Origin: Octopus sinensis
Taxonomy: Eukaryota
Assembly (NCBI RefSeq): GCF_006345805.1
Contig: NC_043003.1
Location: forward strand, 102,052,001 to 102,116,000
Direction: 5' to 3'
Length of the DNA stretch: 64,000 bases
Program-made: the position numbers and the translations under genes
Notes under the pieces: model-generated
The model's input: the letters and a program-made list of their open reading frames with translations, nothing else
Told to the model about the DNA's origin: nothing
The model's database searches: none
In this document: in pieces, positions 38,693-51,300 of the stretch
Layout of the letters: the number at the start of each line of letters is the position of its first letter
Position numbering within the stretch: the first letter of the stretch is position 1

Positions 38693-39853
38693 CGAGGGTT
38701 GGCATCTGAAAAGTTTGTAGGCTGACCAAGATATTCTCATGGAATGTGACAAATAAAGTTTATTTTTCAACATAATCTCCCCTATCAGTTCACACACTTC
38801 TTCCATTGGGGTTGCAGAGCTTGGATTCCATTGGTGAAGAAGTTTTCAAAAGTCATCAGCAGCAGCAGATATGATGTCTTTGCCACTGTCATACTGGCTC
38901 CCAACCAAGTGTTGTTTCATGTTGGCAGCCACAATCACACACAGCAGCCATTGAAACCAAGGGCTTGTGTGCTAGAGCATTGTTCTGATGAGACAAAAAC
39001 CCTTTTTGTCAGTTTCCCTGGGCTTTTGAAACTGCTTCAGCCAGCTGACAATGCTCTCCATTGATGATGTAGCCCTTTTGAAGAAGTCAATAAACACAAT
39101 GCATCCCAAAAAACCGAGGTCATCACCTTCCCTGCAGATGGAACAACCTTTAGAGCAGGTGAGGCAGTGTGTTTCAACTGCATGGATTGTCTTTGACTCA
39201 AAGCAATGAAACTAATGCTCATCTTAGGTTAGGAAATGTTCAAGAAAACCAGTTGGATCTGCCTTAATGTCGAATTTTCCTTTGATGTGATCAGCCTGGT
39301 GTGTGTTTGATCAGGTGTCAGAAGATGTGGCACCCACTGAACAGAAACCTTCATCATGCCAAGTTCATTGTGCAGAATACTCTCAACTTCCTCATTGGCT
39401 TTGTGATTTGTAGTTAATCACCTGTCATCCATCATCATATAGTGGACATGATCAACGTTTTCCTTGGTGATGGCAGTTGTTGGACATCCAAACCTTGGGT
39501 CATCTTTAAGACTCTGTACTCCTCCTAGATTCAACTAGCCACTTTTGCACTGTTGATAAAGCTGGAGCATCATCCCAAAATGTAGCAAAGCATGTTAGCT
39601 TGAATGTCCTTGGGGGTTAAACTTTTTTTTTCAGCAGGTACTTGATAACACCATAATACCAAATTTTGCCAGTTTTTAAAAGAAGTTGCTACTAGTTACA
39701 TTTGAAGTCTTCTTTGAACAGTCAAATGTCATTTTACCTTGAAAGAAACAATGCAGTTATTAATAAGGAGTGTTAAGATTAATGCATGAAGGATTTCACA
39801 ATTTTAACATCACTACCTGATAGTCAGCCTATGAACTTTTCAGCACACCTTCG
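38693..39853 (-). mobile_element. Decayed mariner element (irritans-like), ~1.16 kb
   Basis: Imperfect TIRs cgagggttggcatctgaaaagtttgtaggctgac / cgaaggtgtgctgaaaagttcataggctgac; left TA; KVVPSAGKVMTSVFWDA motif. Confidence 0.85.
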
Positions 39854-41947
39854 TTTGTAGGAATACCATAACTATCTGGGATGATTCAAACAATTAGAAG
39901 ACAAAACTCCAGTAAATTCAGTTGATCAAAACTTTGGGTAATACTATAGATAGACAATGCTGTATGGTGTGACTCTGGTCTTTAACTGACATGTTTCAGT
40001 CGTATTAGATCTTATCAGTAATGCATAACTGTTCTTTTTTTAACTACTAGGTTTTGCTTGACACGAGGATAGTGGTTATGTGGGAAAGGAGAATCAAACA
40101 ACTGAATCGTCTAGTTGTTTAGCCTCCATGTTCTGCGTTCATCGAATAGGCCTGTTATTGAAGATATTCCAGATATGACCATCCTGTCTTTTTTCTTTTG
40201 TTATGAATTATGCAGAGCTACATTGTCCAATGTGTTCTTTCTTTAAGACGGCAGTGTGTGATTTGAGGACTTGCAGCTGCTTTTTCAAGCAGGTCGCGCA
40301 ACCACGTGGACATCGTTGGTCATAGGTTACTCCTAGATCAGAGACAGAACTAGAACTAAACGACTGGCCCATTTTATTTATTTATTTACTTCGGCGGTGA
40401 AATTTGAATTTAGAATTCCTCGATGTAAATGCACTCGGAAGCTAATGGCTTAAGAAAAGCAAAAACATTACATCACTCGTTGTTTACCTTCTGATAAAAA
40501 AAGAAGTCTTGTAGCTATGTATTGCCTACACTACTATATCACCATCATCATTGCCACCGACAACACCACCACAACCACCCATCACTATTGTTATTACCAT
40601 CACCACCACCACCATCCAGCAGCATTATTGTCAACACAAATTTCTTATCTGTGTGTGTATGAATGCAAATGGTTGCTGCTGGTTGTATGTGTATCTGAAA
40701 GTATGTTTGACGTATGTACTCATTCTGTATTGGTGTGTGCGTGTAATGTGGCAGTGTATATTTAGGTCTCTATGTAGGTGTAATTCGGATGTTTGCGTGA
40801 ATTTTTACAAAATAATCTTATTATTCTTTTTACGTAAACACCGATAAGGTCGAATAACAAAACAACTGCAACAACATCAACAAGTAGTGGTGACGTACTA
40901 CTAACAACAACAACACTATTACTACGGCTGCTCTTGCTCCAATAACATGAACAATAATGTTAAACAGTAACATCAGCAACAATGTAAAAAAAAAAGCTAT
41001 TTTCCCGTAACCACCACCAACACCCGACGGTGGAACCTCGACTAGATCTGCTAGTAATTGCTGCCAAATTACCCTCATATCACATCCCTACTGGCTCTAA
41101 AACGAAATAAATAAATAAAGGCAAGTGTCCAAAAGTAGTTCTATACATACTCCCCAAAATAAAAAGCAATAAAATGACAGATTAGTATATAGTAGTAATA
41201 GTGGTAGGCTATGGTGTAGTATATCGTAGAATAATAGTAGTCGGTGATGTTATTGTAAGTATAGTAGCAGTCATTAAATGCTGCTGCTGCTGGTGTTTAG
41301 CCCTAGGTCAACCCGAAATAAGCAGACCTTTTAATTAAGGACAGCTAAGCATTGAAAATGTCGATGTTTCTTCTTTCTTTTTGTTCTAAACATTGTTTAG
41401 CCTGGAATATACATCATCAAATATTTCTTTCTCATTCACCCTATCTCCCCCACTTCTTTTTTCTTTCTAAAAGACGGTAGAGTGTGAATTGAGGGAAATT
41501 TGATTGCTATTTCCAAATACTTCAAACGATCTCGAAGATGCGCGCATATCTTGCAATCAGTGATGTGGTATCTACAATGTAATAGCAGTAACACCACCAC
41601 CATTCAATGTATTAAACTAATAGTGCATGTACTCCACCTCCATTGCCATCACAACTACTATTATTACTACTGCTAGTAGTAGTGGTTAACCTTGTAATAA
41701 TTAATATTACCGGTAGCACTGTAACAGTAGTAGTAATTTTATGTGGAGCACGTGTAATATGGTATATAATGATTTCTGCTGATTAAATTTATATACTTAA
41801 GAGTTTATTTTATTTTATTTTATTTTTATTTTCCTTTATCCTATGAAGGCAGTGCTCGGAGCTATGGTCTCAGTCGTAATGGCTAGAGCAAAATGAAAAG
41901 AAACTACATGTATGGATGGATATAATAATGTATGCACGTTGTTGTTG

Positions 41948-42005
<58 letters not shown>

Positions 42006-42739
42006 AGGAGACTGACATTCTCTAATGAGACGAAACTGGTCACTTACGATGAGGCATTGTACCTTTAATTGCCCACTTACATATACAAATGTGTGTGTAT
42101 GTGTGTTTGTATATTCTCCACATGTACTGAGTCCTGGTAGTGGTAGCCATATCTACAGTTATATATATATATATATATATGCATGCAGTGTATATATGTA
42201 TACTTTCAACAATTCAACAGTTTCTAGCCAGCCCCACCCCCGCCACCATACACAGGTTACCCCCTCAGTTCAAATGTCCCCCACTATCCAATCCGCAGCT
42301 CAAAGACATTTGTTGTTTTCTACATCAGTCTATATTTCCTTTTCACCCTCCCTCTTGAGGATAGCCTATAGTGTGGAAAAAAAAAACAACCGCCAGATTT
42401 GGGAACAGAAGACGTACGTCATCGTCGTGGTCGTCATCGCTATCATCATCATCATCATTATTTTCGCTTACTTTATACAGGCGCCATTATTTCATTCTTG
42501 TTATGGATTCCGTCACCACCCACCTTATACCCTGATAAAACGTACAATTTTTTTCTCACCGTTAGTTTTCTATGAAGAGTAGGTCGTCGGTGCGACAAAA
42601 TACCGTTATCTGTTACCTTGTTTCCCCGAAAATAAAACCCGGTCTTGTATTAATTTTGCATCCAAAAAACGCACTGGGGCTTATTTTGGGGGGATGTCAT
42701 GTTTTTGCGGAAAAATCCAAGGAAGACAAAAAAGTCTCA

Positions 42740-43544
42740 GGATCTTTTCCTTTTGAACGGCACTTTTCAACACAATTTCTAGTTAACTAAACACTTTTAA
42801 ACTTCGTATACTGGTAGAATGTGTTTATAAAAGATCATTTTTTCTTGGCTTTATTGAGAAAATTCTATATGTTGTAAGATATTTCATCTTTAATTTCGAG
42901 CATTTCGGCAATTTTAACCAATCGCTGACCTCCATTTAGGTAAACAACATTCCGTGCTGTATAAATATGTCCCTCGTTTAAGAAACAGATTGGGTTTATT
43001 TACATTTGTGAAGAAAAAAGATACCCTTCCCCAAACCCTAACCCTAACTCACCCTAACTCTAACCCTAAATCTAAAATAGATTGAAATGCAATAGATCGA
43101 TACTAGGGCCATAATTATGGGTGACATTTTCATTTGACACCGCTAGAAAAAAATCCCATTTTCCGTAGCGGTGTCGTATAAAATTGTCACCCATAATTAT
43201 AACCCTAGTATCGATCTATTGCATTTCAATCTATTTTAGATTTAGGGTTAGGGGTGGGGGAAGGGTATCTTTTTTTTCTTCGCAAATGTAAATAAACCTA
43301 ATCTGTTTCTTAAACGAGGGACATATTCATACAGCACGGAATGTTGTTTATCTAAATGGAGGTCAGCAATTGGTTAAAATTGCCGAAATGCTCGAAATTT
43401 CAGACGAAATATCTTACAAACTATAGAATTTTCTCAATAAAGCCAAGAAAAAATGATGTTTTATAAACACATTCTACCAGTATACGAAGTTTAAAAGTTA
43501 ACTAGAAATTGTGTTGAAAAGTGCCGTTCAAAAGGAAAAGATCC
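42740..43544. mobile_element. 805-bp palindromic dimer of the MULE-like MITE
   Basis: Arms 42740-43145 and 43166-43544 are reverse complements (roughly 90 percent by eye) and homologous to 3586-4000; 8-bp TSD aagtctca / aagtccca. Confidence 0.9.
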
Positions 43545-43629
43545 AAGTCCCATCCTCATGTAAAAGGAAAAAATTGTTAAAAGGAAACCCATGCTTTTAG
43601 TTATCAAAAGTTTATTTATTTGCTTATTG

Positions 43630-44690
43630 TTTTTAGTCAAGTATAAACATTTCGTCCTCTTTTGGAATATCGTCATAAATCATCAAACCCTGAACTTCAG
43701 ACTGAATTTCTTGCAAATCCATTTCTTGTGGAATCATGGACCCCAGTCTCTTATGTTTGGCAATATATCTTTCCTTAAATGAGGATTTTTTTTGTCCAAG
43801 TACCCTGCTTGTAGTGCATTGGCAACGCAACTGTCAGTAATTTTATTCCATGAATTCTTCACCTAATTCAAAACTTCTTGGAGGTTGGGTTTGACAAAGT
43901 TTCCAAGCTGATTGCTCTCCATTCACTTCCATTCGCAAATAATCCTTAAAGGGCTTGTTTCATTACAAGATCTAATGTTTGTAGATATAAAGTCGTACTC
44001 ACGGGAATCATTATGTAGTCAATTCTTCTTTCAGAAAGGAAGGTTTTCATATCTTTTGCATGATGAGTACTGGCTGAATCCCAGACTAAAAGACCTCTTT
44101 GAGAGCCATGTAAAAGAAGTGACCTAGTTAAATCAAGCCTTTTCTGTTTCAAGGATATAAATGCCCGAATCTTGTTCTATTTTCTTCTTTTTTACCTTTT
44201 GTGATAAGCAGTAGGACTTTTGTTCCACAAAGACGAATTGCTAAAATACAAGTAACTCTTGCACTTTCGTATCCCATTAAGGCAACGTAGATTGATGAGG
44301 CACCTGTCTGTTCAATTGTCGTTTTAGATCCTTGGCCCATAAATACTGCAGTCTCATCCATAGCAATTATATTGGAGAGATTGTATTTAGAAAAGTCGAT
44401 GCCATCAATGAAGTTACAAGTGTACAGCCTTGCGTACAACCAAAGCCTTTGTTCTTCTGTCAGCAATCCATCCCAAGGTGATATCTTCCAGCTCTGAAAA
44501 TAACAGTTGTCAACCTGATCCACACTTGCGCTTCTTAGCAATTCCCCCATCCACCTGTCTGCTGAGATTATCGTATTCTGCTTGCCATTTTTGAACCATT
44601 TGTAAGATTCTTGTTATGTGACTCTTTCAAAATTCCTTTCTTGTACTCCACAGAATAACTCTTTCTTTTTGCACTCCTTTTGCTTGGGTA
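43630..44690 (-). pseudogene. DD35D pogo-like transposase, disrupted
   Basis: KRKSYSVEYKKGIL (Brinker-type DBD-like), MDETAVF, LLVWDSASTH and LQTLD; 35 residues between the second and third Asp. Confidence 0.9.
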
Positions 44691-45023
44691 ACAAGGGAGT
44701 CAACTTCTTGTATGTACACTTAGCGCAGACTTTAGCCAAGCCGCTGTAGTTGGTTTATTTTGCAAACATCACATGGTCTTACTAACAAGTTGATGCATTT
44801 TTGACCAGGACTTATTTTCAGGGTAGGCCTTATATCAAAAACGTCCTGAAAAATCATGGTAGGGCTTATTTTCGATGGTACTTGTCAGTGTGTGTGTGAG
44901 TGTATTTCTAATCGGTATATCTCTACTACCTCTGAAGAGATTTATCTTATAATGATTTTAATTTTATGAATTAATTATCTAAAGATTTCCGAATCAAAAC
45001 AGAGATGTTGTCATATTTAATAA

Positions 45024-45346
45024 CTAGCATATACAGCTGCGTGCGTGCACACATACACGCGAGTACTGTCCAAATCTCTGACAAATCACATACAGCTAGC
45101 TGGCATTCAATTGGCACATCAAGTTTCGGGCATTTTGATTGGGTTTTGGATAGAAAATTCACAAAAAAGTCACTTCTATTGATTTTTTAATGCCTTTGCA
45201 GGGTGACTGGGGAAATATAAAGATGTGCACGACCACCTTTGGACGGTTTTGAATGACCATAGAAAGTGCAAGCCCTCTAACTGAAAATTTGTGGATTTGT
45301 ATAAAGGACACACACACAGACATTTTGCCATTTATATATATAGAGA
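45024..45346 (-). mobile_element. Non-autonomous Helitron-like element (~320 bp)
   Basis: A|TCTCTATATATATAAATGGCAAAATGTCTGTGTG 5' end; GCGTG-N8-CACGC hairpin then ATGCTAG|T 3' end. Confidence 0.6.
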
Positions 45347-45357
45347 TTAATAAATAA

Positions 45358-48300
45358 CTAGCATGGGTCAGAAAATAGTAAATATTTAGAGGGTCTAGTT
45401 ATGTTGTCAGTCTACATTACAGCAGTCTGGACCTCAGTCGGAACTGCAAAAATGAATTGGGCATTCCAAAGTTTTATAGAGTTTTATTTAGGTTAAGGTT
45501 AGAGTTGACAGTACAATCTAACATCACTAAGTCTATGACAAATAAGTGTTTGTCCATCCATGTAGTGACTCGTGCTGTATACCTCTGTATCACTGCTGCC
45601 CGGCGCCATCCAATAATGCAAAGTTGTAATGGTGTGTAGAGTTATATTTGGGTTTTCAGATGTAGGCACAGAGAGTGAATCAAAACGTGTATTTCACAAG
45701 TGGGCATTTTTTGGGATTGTGCTGTTTAAACAATTGTTAAGTATGACCGTCATTAAAATGGGGAGAGTGATTGAATGTTGATTAGTTTTCATGACATATG
45801 CGTAATATCGACATTGAATGTTTGTCCACACCATTTATGTCACAGAGTGCCCGAAACTGCCATAGCGATTGCGTTCTATATATCTCTGCCCTTTTCATAA
45901 GCCTCTACCAGTTAATTGGCGTAACATTGCATACCTCCTTTCTGCTTACACATTGAATGTGTTAGAAGCGCATAAGAAAACACTGATCGGTTGAAGTTAC
46001 GTCCTTAAAGATGCTCGATCGCCCCTTAAGCCATTGTTGGAGTAATTATCCCTCCTATTTTTTGTAAAAGACCTAAATGCTGCCCTAAAAGGGGTGTAAC
46101 TTAATAGGTTTCTCTTTGTGAAATGGGCTGACTGTGTGCTGTTAGTTTTAGAGTAAAAGCAGATGTAAAGCTCATTACACACGTCTGGAAGGATGATGTC
46201 TAAATCAGGTGCTTTGTGAAGCTGTATGTTACCTTTTCACAGTGTAAACAGTTACAAAGTCTCATCCTAATACCTCTTGGTAGACAATATTTTTTTGTTC
46301 TACCCCAGGGTGTGTAAACAAAGAGACTTTCCTTGCTTCCCATCCAGGAACAACCGACGTATAGCTGACCATGTGAAGCATGATTCATCTAAATGCAGCC
46401 CTGCCACCGATAGTGTCTGCAAAACAGAGTCTAAGCGGGAACTGCAGACAGTGAAATGCAAAGGGAATATGTGCACCAGATGGAATGAAGGGGATTCTGG
46501 GGATGAAAACGTCCTTTCTTTTACCACAGCCGGACCAAATGGTGACTTCAAGGATGTACTGCATAGCCTTCTTAATAACCAAGTGTGTCCCATTGCAAAG
46601 CTTTGGTGGGTCTAAATTCCTCAGGAGCTCCAACTTTAACTTCCAGTGTATGAAGAGATAACCCAGGTGGGTCATAGGAATTAAGAAACTCCACTGGATA
46701 GGTCATTGTCGGGTACAGAATCGATTGACCCGTATACGTGCAGCCTTCCAAGAAGCGAATGCAGCAGCTTGGCATTGAGAGTGGCTCTTTCGGAAATCCA
46801 ATTCATGTCAAGGTAGTTCTTTGTAGATTTGGAAAGACATGTGCCTCTAGTTCATTGGAATTACTGTCAGTGGTGCAGAGGTGAGTTAGTGACAGTTGTC
46901 CGTTTTCATCGAGTGGAACAATACTGTTTCCAATTGACAATATGTCAGATGCAAAACCTGATGCCGTCTGGTCACCACAAAGTTGCGCTCTCATGTTTGT
47001 TTTGAGAGACAATGTTGTAATATTTTGAGGCAGGCCCGGACTACATCTGCCCTGGTTCCCTTGGGTATTACAGAAAGCATTTGTTTGAAATCGCCAGACA
47101 GGAGGAGAGTCATACCACCCATCGTAGCAGGACAGTCTCTGATGTCTTGAAGAGTGGTGTTGAGAGCTTCAAGGGATTGCTTGTGGGCCATTATGCATTC
47201 ATCCCAAACTATCAGCTGACAACACCGGAGAAGCAAGCTCTTTTCAGGCGTTTTGCCAAATCAAATGATAGCTTAAAGGTTGAGTGCACTGTCCCGCCAC
47301 TGAGCAGTAAAGTTGCTGCAATGTGAGAGGAGGCCACAGCTATGGCTACATCTTTTCGGTGCCTTACTTTAGCTGGGAGAAACTGAATAACAAACATTTT
47401 TACAGTCCCTCCAGGTGCATCAAGAAAAAAAAATACCCCTTTTTTGTTTCTGCATGTGGTCAAAGATGGTGCTGTAAGCCCACTGTTGCTCAGGCAGAAG
47501 TTTGGGCTCATTTTGCTGGATGTATTGATTAAGGGCTTCAGTGTCATAGGACATTTCACGTATTAACTCTGTTGGTATTGAAACGTCCCGTGGCGCAATG
47601 GTTGCGGCAGCCCGTATTTAGGTAAGGTATTGCCTCCCAGAGAAACAGTCTTGTTCTCTATGTCAAGTAAAGCACAGTTGTAAATGAAATCATTTTCAGC
47701 AGGCAAGCAGGTATGATGCTGTTGGGGCTGGTAATGGAAGTCTTCTGATCGGTCGTGTTTGTACTTTAACCACAATGAGTAGGGATCGGGAAGTTGGCAA
47801 ATGTGCAGGAGTAGAGAAAAAATAGAGCTCTGAGACTTTTTGGTGACTGTGAAACAGCAGCCTCCGCAAGCATAGCATCCTACTGCACACCCGTCTTCTA
47901 GCAGCCCACATAGTAAGCAGGCCTCCCTGAACGTAGCACATGTATGGCCGTTCACAATCTTTAATTGGTCGAAGGACTTTGGATCCCTTACCTTGTGAAG
48001 CAGCAATCAGAAGTAGAAGCATTCTTGTTGGCCTGGGTGAACCATGTACACTCTGCTGGGGCAATTATCAAATTTAATCTCAAGGTGACCATCAATGGTT
48101 CGGCCTGACTTCCTTCGCTGCCACTTACACTTATTCCATGTGCAGTATGATGGGACTTGAGGATAAAGCAGATATTGCGCAAACAGGTCTACCTGGCAGA
48201 GTTTGAAGAAAGCTGTGAGTGTTGTATCTTTTGGTAGCTCAAACAGTTGAGTAGCAGTGGAAGCGGTGAAGTACACACACTGGCTGTTTTCAAGGTGCAC

Positions 48301-51300
48301 TGCGAGCTGCTGGATTGGTGGATGCCTTTGATGCAGTGGAAACATGAAAATGCGCCAGAAGGCTTCGTTACTACTTATGTACCTGCCTACTTGGTATTGC
48401 GTTATTTCATCTCAGACTCTGTCTGGTTGCAGGCTGAACACAGCGGCATCAGAGCCTTTGTTGATGTACTTGCACACATATTTGATGGACTTTACAGAAT
48501 TGCAGAGCTCGACAGTTATGTGAGCATTGAATGCCTTCGACAGGATTGGGCAGTAAGGCACTATCCATCTGCTGTCTACTTCATACGAACCAACATGCGC
48601 TGTGACTGGTTTCCTTTGTCTGTACAGAGGGTACCCATTGTACCTTGATGTGTTTCCTGGAGGAATTGTTTTGGGTATTTCTTGTTGCAACCTGACCCTT
48701 TCATGCAAGGTGATTGAAGGTTGAATCCTTGTCCGCAGGGACCATGGATCATGTTAGCCTTCACTGTCTCAAAGAGAGTATGTCAGTTGAGGGATCAGGG
48801 AACTCGGCTGAGATCAAATTGTCAATTACATTGGATGCAATCTGTGTGGACACCAAATTAGGATATGAGCATGAGGAAGACCCCTTTTCTGCCATTCAAC
48901 GGTATACATGTCGCATTGTACGGGGCCAAATATTTGGCCTTTGGTGATGAAGTTCATGAGTTTGTGTAACTTCAAATGGAATACCTGTGCAATGGGATTA
49001 TGTCTGTCTTTGGCCTGCTGATCCTGAAAAAGTTCTATTCCAATCTCCCTCCACCTAGGATTACAAGTGAAGGTGATAAATAAGTCAGGACACCTGTAGC
49101 AGCGGACGTATGTCATTGCATCTTGAGTTCTTTCGTGCGTGTATCGTGGGCTGCCAGTGAAAGATGACGGCAAGATGCACACCTGACCCAACCCTCCGGG
49201 TGATACGTCATTGCTGAGATCATCCCTAAGATGGATGTTGCTGTCTGATCGAAGTTTCTGCTGGTTAAACCTGATATAGGATAACCTCTCAGATTCCATT
49301 TTTGCACAAATATCGCGGGCAAATTGGTGGAACAGGTCGCACGATTGCTGGAGGTGGTTAGTGCAGTCGTGACGGAGGATGAGGAGTGAACTGCATACAC
49401 GAAACTCGTTTGGTACTCATTTCGTTTTGTCTGCGCGGCACCTGCTGGTGAAAACCCAGGTGGTAGCCATCTTCTCCACACACAAAAAGAAGCGGATACT
49501 GGAGTGTGTTGTATGCTCTGTGTGTCTCGTTGATGCACTTTACAGTTTGGTCATGGCATGAAAGAACAATGCTTCTGGGGTTGTGCTGTTCACCGCCGAG
49601 CACAATGGCAATTTCATTGTAATTGGGCGCATTGTAGCGACCAGAATGGTTGTTTGTCAGCGTCAATAACCACTGTGAAGTCTGGCACTGATGGAAATTC
49701 TAAGGTATACTTAAATCTCTTTACGTAAGAGTTATGCACATGCAACATTTCCTGGAGTTGAAGAATTACTTCAAAACTTGTGCTGGGGGAGATAGTTCTT
49801 CAGCGTGCCACCTGTGCTTCGTAGTCACCAACAAAGTACACCTGGAGGAACTGCAGTGTTTCATTGGCAGCGGGTAGAAGGAGTCCAATTCTGTGGTAAA
49901 TCTGCCCCTGAATTTCAAATGTAGGCATGAAGCCGCCTTCCCTAACAATATTCACACCATGATGTCATCTGAAAGGTACAGTTGTACTTTCTCATGTTGC
50001 TCCGGAAGTGCCAGCATTCGTCGTTTGCGCCTGTTAAAAGATACCACAATGGCTCAGGTAGGTCATCAAAATAGGAAGGAGGACTTTTTCCATTCAAACA
50101 GCACATGCCAGGTGGTTCTCCAGGCCATTTCCTTGCATTGCAGAAGGGGCAAACTTTCCACATAGAGGAAATCACTAAGTCAGGATGGTGGGTGTAATCA
50201 TGATCATGCTTATAATCGAATGCTTCCCTTAACCATCGTGTACTGCATGGAACAGATAAACTCTGCTGGAGGATTTGTCAGGCGGCAGAAGCTTCAAGGT
50301 GGCTGTATCTTTTCTCATTGGCTTTGGCATTGCGAGCAGCAGCAGCAGAGGCTGCGTTGCTGGACCGTCGTTGAGCATGTTGGTGTTCAGATTTGTTAGC
50401 TCGTGCAGACGCAGTTGAAGCAGTATTACATGACTGCTGTCGTGAATACTGTTCTGGTGTTTCAGCAGCTCAGGCAGATGCTGTTGAGACTGTGTTGCTG
50501 TTCAGGTTGGCAGCTCGTGTGGAAGCCCTTGACGCTGCATCACAGGACCGGCATAGTGCTTGTTGACCTTCTGTTGCATTAGCCCGGGCAGCAGCAGTTG
50601 CTTTGGTGTTTCGAAGCAGACACAGGCTACGCTGTTCCTCCGTTTTAGCAGCATGGGTGGCAGCCGTTCTGGTTGCATTTTGAGATCTGCGATCAGAGCG
50701 CTGGTCTTCACTCTCGGACGCTCGAGCAGCGGCTTATAAAGCTGTTTTGCATAGCTAACGAACGGGACACCAGTAGTTGAATGGGGACACAGGTGACACT
50801 GATAATGGATGGTTAGTTGTTCCATTGGGCTGACTGCTTGACCTCCTTCTTGCTTGTCGAGCTGCTTCCCATGTTCTTTGTCCGACACAAGGTCTTTTTT
50901 TGGAAGCATTTACCTAGAAAGGTAAGAGGTAACGGAAAGTCTTATTAAAGTGGAGTTAATGAGCAATTGCGCACATTGGGTAGCAACCGTTTAAACTGTA
51001 AAGAGTATATCTTTGCTAAAGGAAAGTGAGCGAAAACCGAATAGTGGCTATGACCAACTTACCATGAGGGAAGTAGGTGGAAGGCAGAGTAATCGAGTGG
51101 ATGTGTTTCTGAAATGTGTGATTCACAGCACTGTCCTAAGCAGGAGGACTTCTAACAAAGTTTTCAAGAAGGTTGCTTGCTTGTAAGAGCGAATGGACAG
51201 GCCATTGCAACAGGGAAATCAATCCCATAAGTCAAATAACCTGGAGGGACATATGAACACGTGTATAAGGGGATGGCTAATTACCTGAGGTCACAAGAAT

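Larger units (their letters stand above)
42616..44878 (-). mobile_element. pogo-family (Passer/POGK-like) DNA transposon interrupted by a foldback MITE
   Basis: TA|CCTTGTTTCCCCGAAAATAA left end and TTATTTTCGATGG|TA right end (partly deleted); internal DDE transposase. Confidence 0.85.

Noticed and set aside
50502-50909. 135-aa ORF as the Helitron N-terminus
   Set aside because: It is out of frame with the STPR-like and Zn-finger region; the spliced frame explains the sequence better.
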